Assembly (NCBI GenBank): GCA_024346625.1
Contig: AP024666.1
Coordinates: 1,798,001 to 1,862,000 of the forward strand
DNA length: 64,000 bases
Direction of reading: 5' to 3'
Source: Williopsis jadinii
Lineage: Eukaryota
Every line of letters begins with the position of its first letter. Position 1 is the first letter of the stretch. Under the pieces are notes generated by a model that was not told where the DNA came from, did no database searches, and saw only the letters and a list, made by a program, of their open reading frames with translations. Position numbers and translations under genes: made by a program. Below, piece after piece: positions 44,494-55,565 of the stretch.

Positions 44494-45402
44494 CTATGTA
44501 GACAAAACGTCAATGTCCGTAGAACTGGCTCTCCACATAACAAGCATAAACGCAGTTCTATGAGGTTTGAAGATATCTGCAATATACTGAACGTATGCGT
44601 CGTGTATGACTTTCCAGTCTCTTTTCTTCTTGTCGTCAAACGTTGATCTCTTTTTGAAATTAGAAAGATCAACTTCTTTCTTTGCCATTGAGAGCAGTTG
44701 TGGTCGTCCTTCTAAATAACGGGACATCGCCCTTGCAACGCCTAAATCGTCATGTGCAAACACATCCCATCTATGCAATCCAAAGACCATGGTCATCTTT
44801 GCACTCCATTCCCCAATTCCCTTGATCTCAACCAATTTCTTCAAAATATCTTCATCTGATGCATCTTGTAGGAACTTGGCGTTTATCTCTCCACTGTGAA
44901 ACTTTTGTGCGATGCTCTTGATGTATTCGCTTTTCCTGTTAGATATACCACACTCACGCAGTTCCTCAACAGTCGCATCTAGCACTTGTTGAGGTGTAGG
45001 AAGCACACCACCGTAGTGGGACTTGAACTTGAATTCTATGGATTTGGCACTGGCTCCACTAACTTGTTGTCCGATGATGGTGCGGCATAGTCCACCAAAG
45101 TGTTCCATATCAGTGCTTCGAGGTTTCACACTAATGTCAAACTGTTCAAACGGTTTAAATACAATTAACGGGTACAACGAAGGGTCCTTAGAGATGATGT
45201 ATTCTAATCCTTTGCTGAACTCTGGAATGTGATGGTCGAAAAAGCTCTGCGGAAGCTTAAGATCACTGGGAATTGGATACCTGTGAAGAAGTTGTTCTTC
45301 CCATTCTTTGAACGTTGATCGCTTTCCAGACCTTTTGGTCTTTTTTGCTACAACATCAACAACAAGGTCTTTAGTATTGGACCTAAGTCTTCTCTTGGAC
45401 AT
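44494..45402 (-). CDS. MAG1: 3-methyladenine DNA glycosylase
   Basis: IIGQQVSGASA, HhH motif IKGIGEWSA and DDLGV; divergent from DDI1. Confidence 0.92.
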   Translation of the reverse strand: MSKRRLRSNTKDLVVDVVAKKTKRSGKRSTFKEWEEQLLHRYPIPSDLKLPQSFFDHHIPEFSKGLEYIISKDPSLYPLIVFKPFEQFDISVKPRSTDMEHFGGLCRTIIGQQVSGASAKSIEFKFKSHYGGVLPTPQQVLDATVEELRECGISNRKSEYIKSIAQKFHSGEINAKFLQDASDEDILKKLVEIKGIGEWSAKMTMVFGLHRWDVFAHDDLGVARAMSRYLEGRPQLLSMAKKEVDLSNFKKRSTFDDKKKRDWKVIHDAYVQYIADIFKPHRTAFMLVMWRASSTDIDVLST

Positions 45403-45619
45403 TTCCCATGCAATTAGTAATGCTTTGGGAGATTGATTGGATGGCGAAACTAGGTTTGCCCCCCCAGATTGTGCCAAAAAACAAAATCAAGAGGCAAGAC
45501 AGACACACTCGGCGATCTATTTAAAAAGTGTGAGAGTTAGGACGGGACATTTGTAAATAGTTCCGGTATTATAAAGACGCACCCAAAAAGGACAAAAGGT
45601 TAAACCTAAGAGCCCGAAT

Positions 45620-46909
45620 ATGGTGAGCTTATCAGCGGCAGTGGACGAGACAGGGTATGTCTTCTCGATTGAAGTCCCAGATGACCTAGCCTGGGGAGAC
45701 TTTAAGGCTTATCTCAGCGCAGAGACTGGCATCGAGCCAGAAGATCAAGTTATTCAACTCAACGGCAAGGAATTGAACGGAGAAATTACAGAGACCTTGG
45801 AACAATTAGGCCTGAAAAGCGATGAGATGCTTATCATTAAGAAGAGATCGAATCATGAACCGGGTAGAGACACCCATGGTGGAATATCTCTCGGTCGCTC
45901 TGTCGGCCTAGATCAACGTATCGAGATGTTGAGACAAGAGCTCTTGCGCAACCCAGCGATGAGAAGACAAGTGTCACAGATGAATCCGGTTATTGATCAG
46001 TGTATTGATGATGCTGAAAGGTTCAGAGATGTTGTTGGTCCAGCTTTGGAGCAGACAGGGCTGCTGCAAGGCGGTGGCCAACAGCTGCCAGGTGGTGTCT
46101 CGTCTGAAGAGTGGATGAGACTTCAACAAGACCCAGACAATCCAGACAATCAGAAGAGGATAATGGAGCTGATTGAACAAGACCAAATCGAAGAGAACAT
46201 GCGTGCGGCGTTGGAGATGACTCCAGAGAGTTTTGCCTCTGTGACGATGCTGTACATCAACGTTGAGGTCAACGGTCACCCTGTGAAGGCATTTGTCGAT
46301 TCAGGTGCGCAAACTACGATCATGAGTACTCGGCTTGCTGAGAGCTGTAACCTGACAAGGCTAATAGATAAGAGGTTCAAAGGAGAGGCCCGTGGCGTCG
46401 GTAAGACTGAAATTGTTGGTAGAATACACAGTGCACAGTTGAAGATTGAGGATCGATTCATTCCTTGCAGCTTCACCGTCTTGGACACACACGTGGATAT
46501 GTTGTTAGGTTTGGACATGTTGAGAAGACATCAGGCTTGTATTGATCTGAAGAACAACAAATTGGTGATTGAAGGTATCGAGACGGAGTTTCTCCCAGAG
46601 GCTGAAGTCCCAAAGGAACAACTCCTTGCAGGAGGCCAACAATTGGGCACTTCTGAGCCAAAACAAGCGAAGTTGCCTTCATCCACACAATCGTCATCAT
46701 CAGCTTCATCCACAGCAGCAGCAGCAGCAGCGGCTGCTGCTGAATCCAGAAGCAGAGCACGTTCTTCAGTTCAGCAACCGCAGCTCAAAGTTGACGAGTC
46801 GGTTGTATCCAATCTAATGGCACTGGGATTCTCTAGAGATGAAGTTATTAGGGCACTACAGCAAGCCGGGGGAAACGCAGAGATTGCAGCGTCGTTGTTG
46901 TTCCAATGA
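45620..46909 (+). CDS. DDI1: UBL-retroviral-like protease-UBA protein Ddi1
   Basis: VKAFVDSGAQTTIMS and LLGLDMLRRHQACIDL motifs; C-terminal UBA. Confidence 0.96.
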   Translation: MVSLSAAVDETGYVFSIEVPDDLAWGDFKAYLSAETGIEPEDQVIQLNGKELNGEITETLEQLGLKSDEMLIIKKRSNHEPGRDTHGGISLGRSVGLDQRIEMLRQELLRNPAMRRQVSQMNPVIDQCIDDAERFRDVVGPALEQTGLLQGGGQQLPGGVSSEEWMRLQQDPDNPDNQKRIMELIEQDQIEENMRAALEMTPESFASVTMLYINVEVNGHPVKAFVDSGAQTTIMSTRLAESCNLTRLIDKRFKGEARGVGKTEIVGRIHSAQLKIEDRFIPCSFTVLDTHVDMLLGLDMLRRHQACIDLKNNKLVIEGIETEFLPEAEVPKEQLLAGGQQLGTSEPKQAKLPSSTQSSSSASSTAAAAAAAAAESRSRARSSVQQPQLKVDESVVSNLMALGFSRDEVIRALQQAGGNAEIAASLLFQ

Positions 46910-46934
46910 CTTATATAATAAAAGTAGTGACACT

Positions 46935-47552
46935 TCAATTGCCAACATCGCTATATTTCCTGTCGTTTGTATTTAGGAAAGTCAATGTTGGATGGTTACC
47001 AACAACGTCTTTCGACAGCCCACTCCATATCCAGGACACTTTGTTCTTTGGAACGTTTATCTCGGCTCTGAAGTTCTCAACAAAGGTACGGTCGTGAAGG
47101 TTGATACTGTTGGTGTACACCAAATATTCGTTAAATATAGACACTGAGGACCAAAATGACAACTTCCGTAGACATGCAATAACTAAAGATGAGATCTGCG
47201 AACCGTTTAAGCAGTGAATGTAGAGGGGTGAGTGGTTGGTATCTATCATCAACTCTAGGGCTTTAACAACAACGGTATAGTCAATGGGGACTTCACGTTT
47301 CTTTCTCTTACCCCCTCCTTCAGGCGCACACTCTATGTGTATAAGCTCAATGTTATTATCCAGGACAAACTGATAAAACTCTGAATCTGACTGTGCTGTT
47401 ATAGGGTCTGGTGTCAGCGATACGATAGTCTTCAGCTCAAGTCTCTTGAGGAAACGGAAGTTGATTGGACGAGGGTACGAACCTCTGTATAAGTTAGGCT
47501 GGATTTGTGAGAACCGTAGCGGTGGGACAAGTAAATTTGAGTGTGTATCCAT
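46935..47552 (-). CDS. OCA6: Tyrosine phosphatase-like protein Oca6
   Basis: LVPPLRFS.IQPNLYRGSYPR, YIHCLNG and ACLRKLSFWS motifs. Confidence 0.9.
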   Translation of the reverse strand: MDTHSNLLVPPLRFSQIQPNLYRGSYPRPINFRFLKRLELKTIVSLTPDPITAQSDSEFYQFVLDNNIELIHIECAPEGGGKRKKREVPIDYTVVVKALELMIDTNHSPLYIHCLNGSQISSLVIACLRKLSFWSSVSIFNEYLVYTNSINLHDRTFVENFRAEINVPKNKVSWIWSGLSKDVVGNHPTLTFLNTNDRKYSDVGN

Positions 47553-47855
47553 TTGGTGCTGACGTCAATTCTGTCCTGTCATGTATTTAGTTTGTCTTGG
47601 TCAGTCTTGTCTAGTCTTTTCTTGAGGACTCAGACCACTCTTCTTTGTCCTTTTCTTTCTTGTCCAAGAAGAATGAGACCCTGCCCTTAAAGGTCAAGCA
47701 CTTTTTTGGGTCCCCTTCAAGTCCCCATCGAGTGTGTGTGTAACGAAAATCACGCCGGAACAGGAAGCCACCCCATATAACTTTTCCCATAAGGTGTAAC
47801 CTTTTTATATACAGAAGGGAAGGAGTTCGCTCACCACAAACCGAACAAAGAAGAT

Positions 47856-48995
47856 ATGGATCTTGTATACGAAGAAGCGGTCAGGGAATCACTGGAAGAT
47901 TCTCAGGAGACCCTCAAGGCTCAAGAGAGTAACTCTACGGAACCTGTCAATGACATCAACAGAAAGACAGAGGAGTCCTTTCAAAAGTTGGAGGATGAAA
48001 TCTCAAAGACCTATAACGTCCTGGAAGCACAGGCCTCAACCTGGGGAAGTTGGATATCCACCTCGATCTCTAATCTGAAGGTCAATGACGTTATCAATGA
48101 GACCAAGAAACAAGTTGAGAGTCTCCACATCGACGAGAAATTACAAGAGACTAAGAAGTCTCTTGCTAAGAACTTGGATTCTATTCAGAAGCATATAGTC
48201 ACAGATGAGAACGCTGCAAAGTCCAAAGACATGTTGAACATGCTTTCTCAAAAGACTAACAAGTATCTCGACGATTTGGACAAAGACTTGGAACGGGTCG
48301 AAAACACCGCAGGCGCATACGTCTCCAAGTTTGGCCAATTCTTGAAAGAGAACATCCTTGTTGCAGCCCCAGAGGATATGGATGAACTAATAGACGATAA
48401 AGATGCAGAATTACTTTTCAACGTTAATGGTACCACTGAAGGTAAATTATCAGCCACAAGAACCGAAGCTCAGCTCTTTACACTTCACACTTCTCCAGAT
48501 TTGTATCTCACAGAGGACAAGGACCCTGACTTTGAGACGTTTAAGAGCACCTTCGACGTCGAGCAAAAGACTGATGAAATCACCAAGTTAGTGAAGGAGA
48601 ACAAGAATCTGAAGAAATTGAGCACAGAGCTTGTGCCTGCTAAAGTCAAGTATCCAGAGTTCTGGGCTCGCTATTTCTACATGCACGATAAGATTCTCCA
48701 ACAAGAGTCCAACCGTAAAAAGTTACTAACAGAAAAGAACTCAAATTCTGACAAAGAGGATTTGAGTTGGGGGGACGAAGATGAAGAAGATGAGGATAGC
48801 CATGACACTAAGAAATCATCCACTTCCAGCGAAGGTGGTTACGAACTACAGTCAGTCGATTCGTCAACAGTTGAGGTTCATAAGAAGGGTAAAGAGTCAA
48901 AGACAGCTAGCCCTCTGTCAAAGGAAACCGAAAAGGAAACAGAACAGGCCCATGAAGAACATGATGACGATGATGACGATGATGACTGGGAGTGA
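47856..48995 (+). CDS. DOS2: BSD-domain protein
   Basis: BSD motif LVPAKVKYPEFWARYF; acidic DDDWE end; lies between OCA6 and DOA4. Confidence 0.88.
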   Translation: MDLVYEEAVRESLEDSQETLKAQESNSTEPVNDINRKTEESFQKLEDEISKTYNVLEAQASTWGSWISTSISNLKVNDVINETKKQVESLHIDEKLQETKKSLAKNLDSIQKHIVTDENAAKSKDMLNMLSQKTNKYLDDLDKDLERVENTAGAYVSKFGQFLKENILVAAPEDMDELIDDKDAELLFNVNGTTEGKLSATRTEAQLFTLHTSPDLYLTEDKDPDFETFKSTFDVEQKTDEITKLVKENKNLKKLSTELVPAKVKYPEFWARYFYMHDKILQQESNRKKLLTEKNSNSDKEDLSWGDEDEEDEDSHDTKKSSTSSEGGYELQSVDSSTVEVHKKGKESKTASPLSKETEKETEQAHEEHDDDDDDDDWE

Positions 48996-49106
48996 TACAT
49001 TACAATTCAACCTTCAATACATATCAAATAGTACAAATTCCCGTCCTTTCCTATCATTTTACTATATGCCTATTTTGAATAAGATCAATGCCATATGTAC
49101 TTGTTA

Positions 49107-51559
49107 TTAATAACTTCTAGTGTAGAACAACACATAACCATTTGAATTTACAACTGAGTTCTTTTGAACATTTTTCATCACTCGTGTGTCATCAAAATAA
49201 CACCATTTCTTTGTGGTTCCCTTCCATACAAAGGCAGTGTAGTGTCCACTACTCAGAGATCCGGAGTGGTTAGCAACAGCATATAAGTTGTAATTGAAAG
49301 GAGGCGACTGTTCTCTGGTTAACAAATGTGAAAGTTGATTCGCCTCTTCAGGCGTCTTCACCTGTGGCCAGAACTTGGTCAAGTTCATTTCGAATGGATA
49401 GTCGATGAAAGTTGTTATCTTCGCAAAGCTGGCACCACCTCTAAATCTTTTCAAATGGACAATCAAGTTTTGAGGAAGTCTAGTGATGGTGATCTTCTTT
49501 GTAGATTTCCTCAACTGTTTACACTTGGAGCAATGCCATCTATTTTCGCCGTCCAAGACTTCTAGCTTTGTAAATTCTTCAAAACATCTTTCAAGAGGAA
49601 TTTTGTCAGCTCTTGAGTTGGTATATTCCTCGGGTATTGGAATGCTCAATACAGAGAAAGATTGATAAGTTGTGGATGTGGTACCACATTCTAAACATTT
49701 CAACTGACTTGCAAATTGACCTTGGAAGAAATACAAGATGGCACTAAAATCTGATTTTAGATAACGTTCCCACTCAATTGTAGAGGCAACTCTGATTGAC
49801 ATTTTCTCCAGCTGTTTCTCCTGTTCTTCAGTTGGAGCAGGTTCCCTTGGCTTGTTACCACATTCATTCAAATCTTCATGCAATCCATCCAGTACAAAGT
49901 TCAAAAATTCTGATGAGTCCTGCTGATCACAATTTTTAAACATCGAGTTTAATGACCCAACCATAGCTTTAAAATTTCTAGGTTCAAATATGGCATTGTC
50001 ATTTAAAAGCACTGATTGTGCTAATTGAGCAAAATATGTTGCCATTATACCCTTTGTACCCAACTTGCTGTTAACATTGACATGGCTTTTCCAAGTTCCA
50101 TCAATAAACAGCTTCAACAGCGGAATTGTGCCAAAAAGACACTGAATAATACAATTCATATAACAAGAGTTACCCATATTAACCAGTCCTGTAGTACAGT
50201 ATAACTTTGAGAGATCCGTATGACCATTTGTCAAGGAATCCTTTGAATGAGAAATTAAAGCCGGTTTTGGAGATGATGTTCTTTCATTGACTTCTCTCAG
50301 TCTTGGTGGTAAAGGTGGTGAACTGATTGGTCGTTTTGGCGGAGTGCTCATAGGTCTCTGTTGTGGTGACATCACCAACTTTTGTTGTGGTTTTGGTGAT
50401 ATAATAACAGGGGACGACGACGAAGAGAAAGATGGCAGTTTGAAACTACTCGATCTCCGAATTGGTTTTTGCTGTTGTTGTGGTTCATATAGATGCTGTG
50501 TGCTATGCTGTTGAGAAGAATAGGAGTTATAGTTTCGAGGCATAGAGGAAGAAGTAGAAGCACTAAAGTCTATCTTTTGAGGATTTGATAAGTAATCCGT
50601 AAAGCTTCTTGCAACGTTGTTGTTATCCTTAGTCGCCTGGGATGGTTTTGAAATAGATCTTGTCGGGACTGATAAATCACCGTGATGATGTCCAAAATTT
50701 GACAACCCATAAGTTTCAACCCAAGATATGATACCACCTTTGAGGATCACTGGTTCTCTTTTCAGAGGTTTATCGAATGATCTATCTCGTAAGATTTTGT
50801 AAATCTTTGCTATTGGTTCATCTGTCAGCCCTTTTGAGCCGATATCGTAAATGATAACCATTTCAAATTGATCTCTCTTTTCAAACAATTCACGTTCCCT
50901 ATCTGGAGATGCAAACAGTGAAAGTTCGACATCCTCATCTTTATATCCTTGTCTCACTGCGATTGGCTCTATGCAAACGATGTTTGTTGATCTGATATGG
51001 TTTCTTCTAAATTCGTCTCTCGCCCTGAAATCGATAAGGAGTACATCGTTACCATATCTATCGATCAAAACCTTTAGCTGATGTGAATCGATAACACCAT
51101 TATGTTTAAAGTTGAACGCATTTGGTTTCTCTGAATGTTCCAAGATATAGTTCTTAATCCTGTGGAAGTTCTCGTCAGAATGAACGCTTGATTTCAATTC
51201 ATCATAAACTTCAATATACCCCTTCTTCGTGCTCCCCTTATCTGGAAGCGTAGGTATTACTTGAGATATAAGCTTTTGCGTAGCAGCGTAGTAGATGAAT
51301 GCCTTCTCATAGTCTAATTGGTCTCCTTTTTTTAATTCTTTCTTGTACTGTTGTTCATCTGTAGTTAGTATTTTCAGTAACACCAGTTTGTTATTGCAAG
51401 TAAACTCACGTTCTCAAAACAACCAAGTGAAGTTTCCAAACATTTGGTCATCGTTGATTTATCTGTACCATCTAAGAATTCATTCACTAGACTTTGTAGC
51501 TCACCAATGCTCTTGAGCTTTGCATTTGTACACCCTGTCTGTGTTATTGAGGAGGTCAT
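49107..51559 (-). CDS. DOA4: Ubiquitin-specific protease Doa4/Ubp5 (rhodanese + UCH), 2 exons
   Basis: Intron 51409-51348 GTGAGT..TACTAAC..CAG (phase 0). Cys box GLVNMGNSCYMNC, His box HSGSLSSGHYTA, rhodanese LLIDFR. Confidence 0.92.
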
Positions 51560-51943
51560 TCTGTCCAATCCATGTATATACACCTTCTCTCTATATCTCC
51601 TTCTCCTTAGGTGCAGCTTCTCCTTTTTAGCCAATTATGAGGTGGATATTTGTGATAAACAAATATACAAATGATTACGCCTTGACAGAGTATAAAACTT
51701 GAAGCGTTGGAATAATACAAAGATCTAAACGCTGAAAGGCTATGCTGTTGACAATTTATTGTTCTCTCTGGGGCAAATACTCGGTAGAGGCCACAAACAC
51801 TATATTTACGAGCGGGGGGCGGCAGGAACAAACCAATTGTATTTTCAATATTGGTCTCAAGCATATCTACAGTAGAATAGATATAAACGGAGTAGATTGG
51901 TTAAATAGGAATTATACAAGTATTAAATAACACGCGACACATG

Positions 51944-52240
51944 TCACATAAAGTCTTCTGGACGTTCTTGCTCTTCTGGGATTTTGTTACCCTTATCTTG
52001 GAGATCTTTGAACCCTTTGTAATTTTCCTTCACAAATTCCTTACCACTGATCTTGTTTTCGATAAAGTCTTCATATTCTTCTTCATTTTTCTTTAATTGT
52101 TCCTTTGAGACTGGCTCATTCAGATTTCTTGAATGGGAACATTCCCCCTTGGAAGAGTTCCAACGAGCCATAATTGGTAGTTGCTTGGTAACACCAATAG
52201 AGCGTGCTAGAGATTTTGATGTGATTCTGAGACGAAGCAT
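51944..52240 (-). CDS. FMP16: Small mitochondrial protein, Fmp16-like
   Basis: Presequence-like N-terminus; C-terminal EEQERPED; adjacent to DOA4 as in S. cerevisiae. Confidence 0.7.
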   Translation of the reverse strand: MLRLRITSKSLARSIGVTKQLPIMARWNSSKGECSHSRNLNEPVSKEQLKKNEEEYEDFIENKISGKEFVKENYKGFKDLQDKGNKIPEEQERPEDFM

Positions 52241-52563
52241 TGTGTAATATTACTCCTTGAATAAGACTTAGAATTAGTAATGAAAGAGCAGAAGAAAAGG
52301 GACAAGAATGTAAAAGGGGCTGCCATTGTCCTGCTTTTATACCGTATGTAATAAAGAGCAAATCAGCTTTAACTTTCTAACTCTCCAGATTTGTGGGTTG
52401 CGGTTATGCAGGTATGTGCGCTTTGCTAGTAAGTTCCACTATGCTGTTAAAAAGAAACGAAAAAAACACACACAACTACTACATACGCCTTCTTTAAACT
52501 CTGCCACCAGAGGAAGCTTTTCTTTTCATAACCATTTACCCCCTATTATAATATAACTAGACC

Positions 52564-53396
52564 ATGGATGGAGAACTGAGACCTTTGAGAACCGATGATT
52601 ATGATCCTTCATACGATATTAATAACCTATCGAACTATGATTTCGAAAAGTTGACCTTGATCAAATTGGAAGTCGAGTCTGAGCTCCACATATTAGCTAA
52701 ACGGCTAGAGGCTGTACGTATTAATCTCCACCTGAAAGGCATCAGAACATACAATAATAACTCAAAAAACAGAACAAGGCCGATATGCAAACTCCACTAT
52801 TGTCATCCGATGGTTTCCCACGTTCCGATATTGACGTTGTGGAAGTGAGGACGACAAGGGTTAAGATTATCAAATTGAAAAACGATTTAAGATCAGTGAT
52901 GGAAGAAATAAGTTCAAGGTTGTTATCACAGTTTCAGACAAACGCTTTTTGTAAGACCTTGGAAATATCTCAAGAGAAACCTGTACCGTTTGCCATTATA
53001 ACTGAAGTCGTCTCGAATAGTCCCGCGGAATTCTCTGTAAGTATAATTTGTCATCCAATGTTTTTGTCACACTCATTTTATATGAACTAACAACTGTTAC
53101 AAAATTTAGGGTCTAAAAGTACAAGACAAGGTTGTAAGATTTGGTGATATCGACGCTACTAACCATAATGATTTGAGAAATATTGCCCCTTTGGTGAAGA
53201 ATAAGGTAAACGTGAGTACAAACATCTTCAACATGGCTTTTAAATATGCAGTGACAGTGATACTAATAACATTCAAAAGAGTTCAATTGATATATTGATT
53301 CTAAGGGAACTCGAACAGATTAGTATTTCACTGACCCCATCTTCAGATTGGCCTGGACAGGGACTCTTGGGTTGTCGCTTGAACCAAATTAGATAG
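52564..53396 (+). CDS. NAS2: Proteasome assembly chaperone Nas2 (PDZ), 4 exons
   Basis: Exons 52564-52713, 52773-53036, 53110-53211, 53280-53396; DGFPRSDIDV, LKNDL and WPGQGLLGC motifs. Confidence 0.9.
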
Positions 53397-53425
53397 CTCG
53401 TTCGATATTTCTTTTTAATATGATT

Positions 53426-53862
53426 TTAACCACCATGCAATGTAGAAGTAAATGCTATCACATCACCAGCTTCCAGCTCGTACTCTTCTTCTCCTTCTAG
53501 CTCCCAGTCCGTGTCGTTGATCAAAGTCAAAATACCGGGACGTCTTGTTTTACGCTGTTAATACTTATCTTAAAAACATAGCTTCATAGAGAAAAGAAAG
53601 ACTCACATGGTACCATTCTCCAAGAACACATTGATGTCTTTTTCATCCTTAATCATGTTATCCACAATGTACTTTATTAGGTCTCGTAATTTCACTGGTG
53701 ATCCATCTGTATTGGATTCGAGTGATATCTTATGATATCTTTCCCCTCCGAAAATGACGTCTAACCCACCACTTTTGCAAGAGTTAGTTCTAAAACCAGT
53801 GAAGTCCATTGAACCAGTCTTCTTTATACTCACAGAAACTCTAACTTAACAGGAAGAGACAT
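53426..53862 (-). CDS. URM1: Ubiquitin-related modifier Urm1, 3 exons
   Basis: Exons 53862-53834, 53771-53607, 53543-53426 give [14 protein letters not shown]...[18 protein letters not shown]...FTSTLHGG*. Confidence 0.95.
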
Positions 53863-54152
53863 TATCCTTTTCCTGTGTAATGTAAATATGTATCGAAATT
53901 AACTTCAGCATCAGTAGGTGACGATGATCTTTGAATTTTTTTTCTCGCTCTTTTCAAACCTATTATAGTTCTAATTATCGGATCAACAAAATGTATAATA
54001 AGTCCATTTACATGTATTATAGAATTGCAGATGGGGTTGAAATTATACAAAACTGCTTTTACCGTTTGATACGTAACAAAGTGCACGTTGCAATTGGACA
54101 GAATCAAGTTTAAGTATTGTATTTATTCACACATCTGTGGGCTTTTTCCAAA

Positions 54153-55565
54153 TCAGAATTTACAGATTCTCCAACCAACAGTAACAAAACGTGTACCAAC
54201 ATGAAACATAGCCGCAACTAATTCCAACATTGCAGCATAAACTATGAATCCATTGTATCTCTTGATTTCACCATTGCCAATGATAGCGCCTGCGACGGGA
54301 ATGGTAACGAGCATAAGAAAGGATGCAACGAGATACATAGTACTATATCTTTTGCCAAAATCCTCGGTTCTTGAAATCTTACCACAACATACTGGGGAAA
54401 TAGTAAGAATAGAACCAGAAAAGAACCCATATAATGCAGAGTAGAGATACAAGACACCTAAGCTTGACCCAAAAGGTAACCAGACAGCAAGAGTTGTAAT
54501 TGCACATCCAACAAGTGTTATTATACAAGTGTTGAAAGGTCCCAACCATTTATCACTAACATATGATGGAAGAAAACGTCCCAGAATTCCCATACAGTTT
54601 ATCACAGTGACCAAAAGATAGGCATCACTTTCAGAAAAGCCTCTTCTGACTGCATAAGAAGGGAAATAAATTGCAGTAATCATCAATGAACATTCTGCAA
54701 GGGCAATTGCCATAGCACAGAAGTCGAACCGTACCTCAGAAAAAGACTTATAGTCAAAGACACCTAACACATACATTCTCAAAAATTCACTCCATGAGGA
54801 AGTTGGAGCCCTTTCTTTTTTTAACCTTTCCTTTACCAGACATGTTGAAAATACAAGAAAGAAAGCACAGATAAAGGAAAGAATCCTCAACGCCCACACA
54901 AATCCAACAGCAGGGTATAACTTTCTAAGTAACAATGGGATACTGATACCACCAATGGATGCACCCAAGGTTGCAAGACTAATAGCGGTAGCCCTGTTTT
55001 TGTTAAAATAATGAGACACGACGCCAATCAGTGGGCTCATCAAAGTACCACATCCAAATCCAGTGACAATTCCAAAGGCCAATGTAAATTGCCACGCTGT
55101 TTCGGCATTTGCAGTTAGAAATAGTCCACAACTAAATGAAACGGTACCAATTGCCATTGGGATCTTGGTACCAGTAAAATCGAAAATTGCACCACTGAAG
55201 ATACTGCAAAAGAATGCAGTGAAATTGAAAATAGAAAAGATCCAACTTACAGTAGATGCTGACACATTAGAAAGTTGATGCGTAGAAATATACGCTTCAA
55301 TAGCACCAACAGAATTTGGCAGTCCAAAAGCAGGAATCAATCCAAGAAATGAACCAAAGACAGTAATATAAGCTCGAAATCCTCCTTCAGGGAATTCCAT
55401 GTCTTCTGGGTCAGCACTATCAAGCAGTTTATTCGTAGATCCACCTCTCCCAGTGGATCCATTGCTCTCATGAGAGAACATCCTCCGTACTGATGCAGTG
55501 GCATTGGATGGAATTTCAGTGAGCTCAGAAGCATCCACTTTTGCAGGAGTGATGATTTCAGTCAT
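54153..55565 (-). CDS. MFS monocarboxylate-transporter family protein (Mch4/Mch5-like)
   Basis: FPEGGFRAY, SHYFNKNRATA and ISRTEDFGKRYST motifs; about 12 TM. Confidence 0.9.
   Translation of the reverse strand: MTEIITPAKVDASELTEIPSNATASVRRMFSHESNGSTGRGGSTNKLLDSADPEDMEFPEGGFRAYITVFGSFLGLIPAFGLPNSVGAIEAYISTHQLSNVSASTVSWIFSIFNFTAFFCSIFSGAIFDFTGTKIPMAIGTVSFSCGLFLTANAETAWQFTLAFGIVTGFGCGTLMSPLIGVVSHYFNKNRATAISLATLGASIGGISIPLLLRKLYPAVGFVWALRILSFICAFFLVFSTCLVKERLKKERAPTSSWSEFLRMYVLGVFDYKSFSEVRFDFCAMAIALAECSLMITAIYFPSYAVRRGFSESDAYLLVTVINCMGILGRFLPSYVSDKWLGPFNTCIITLVGCAITTLAVWLPFGSSLGVLYLYSALYGFFSGSILTISPVCCGKISRTEDFGKRYSTMYLVASFLMLVTIPVAGAIIGNGEIKRYNGFIVYAAMLELVAAMFHVGTRFVTVGWRICKF

Noticed and set aside
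46240..46560. Retroviral-type protease as evidence of a mobile element
   Set aside because: It is the normal RVP domain of the host gene DDI1.
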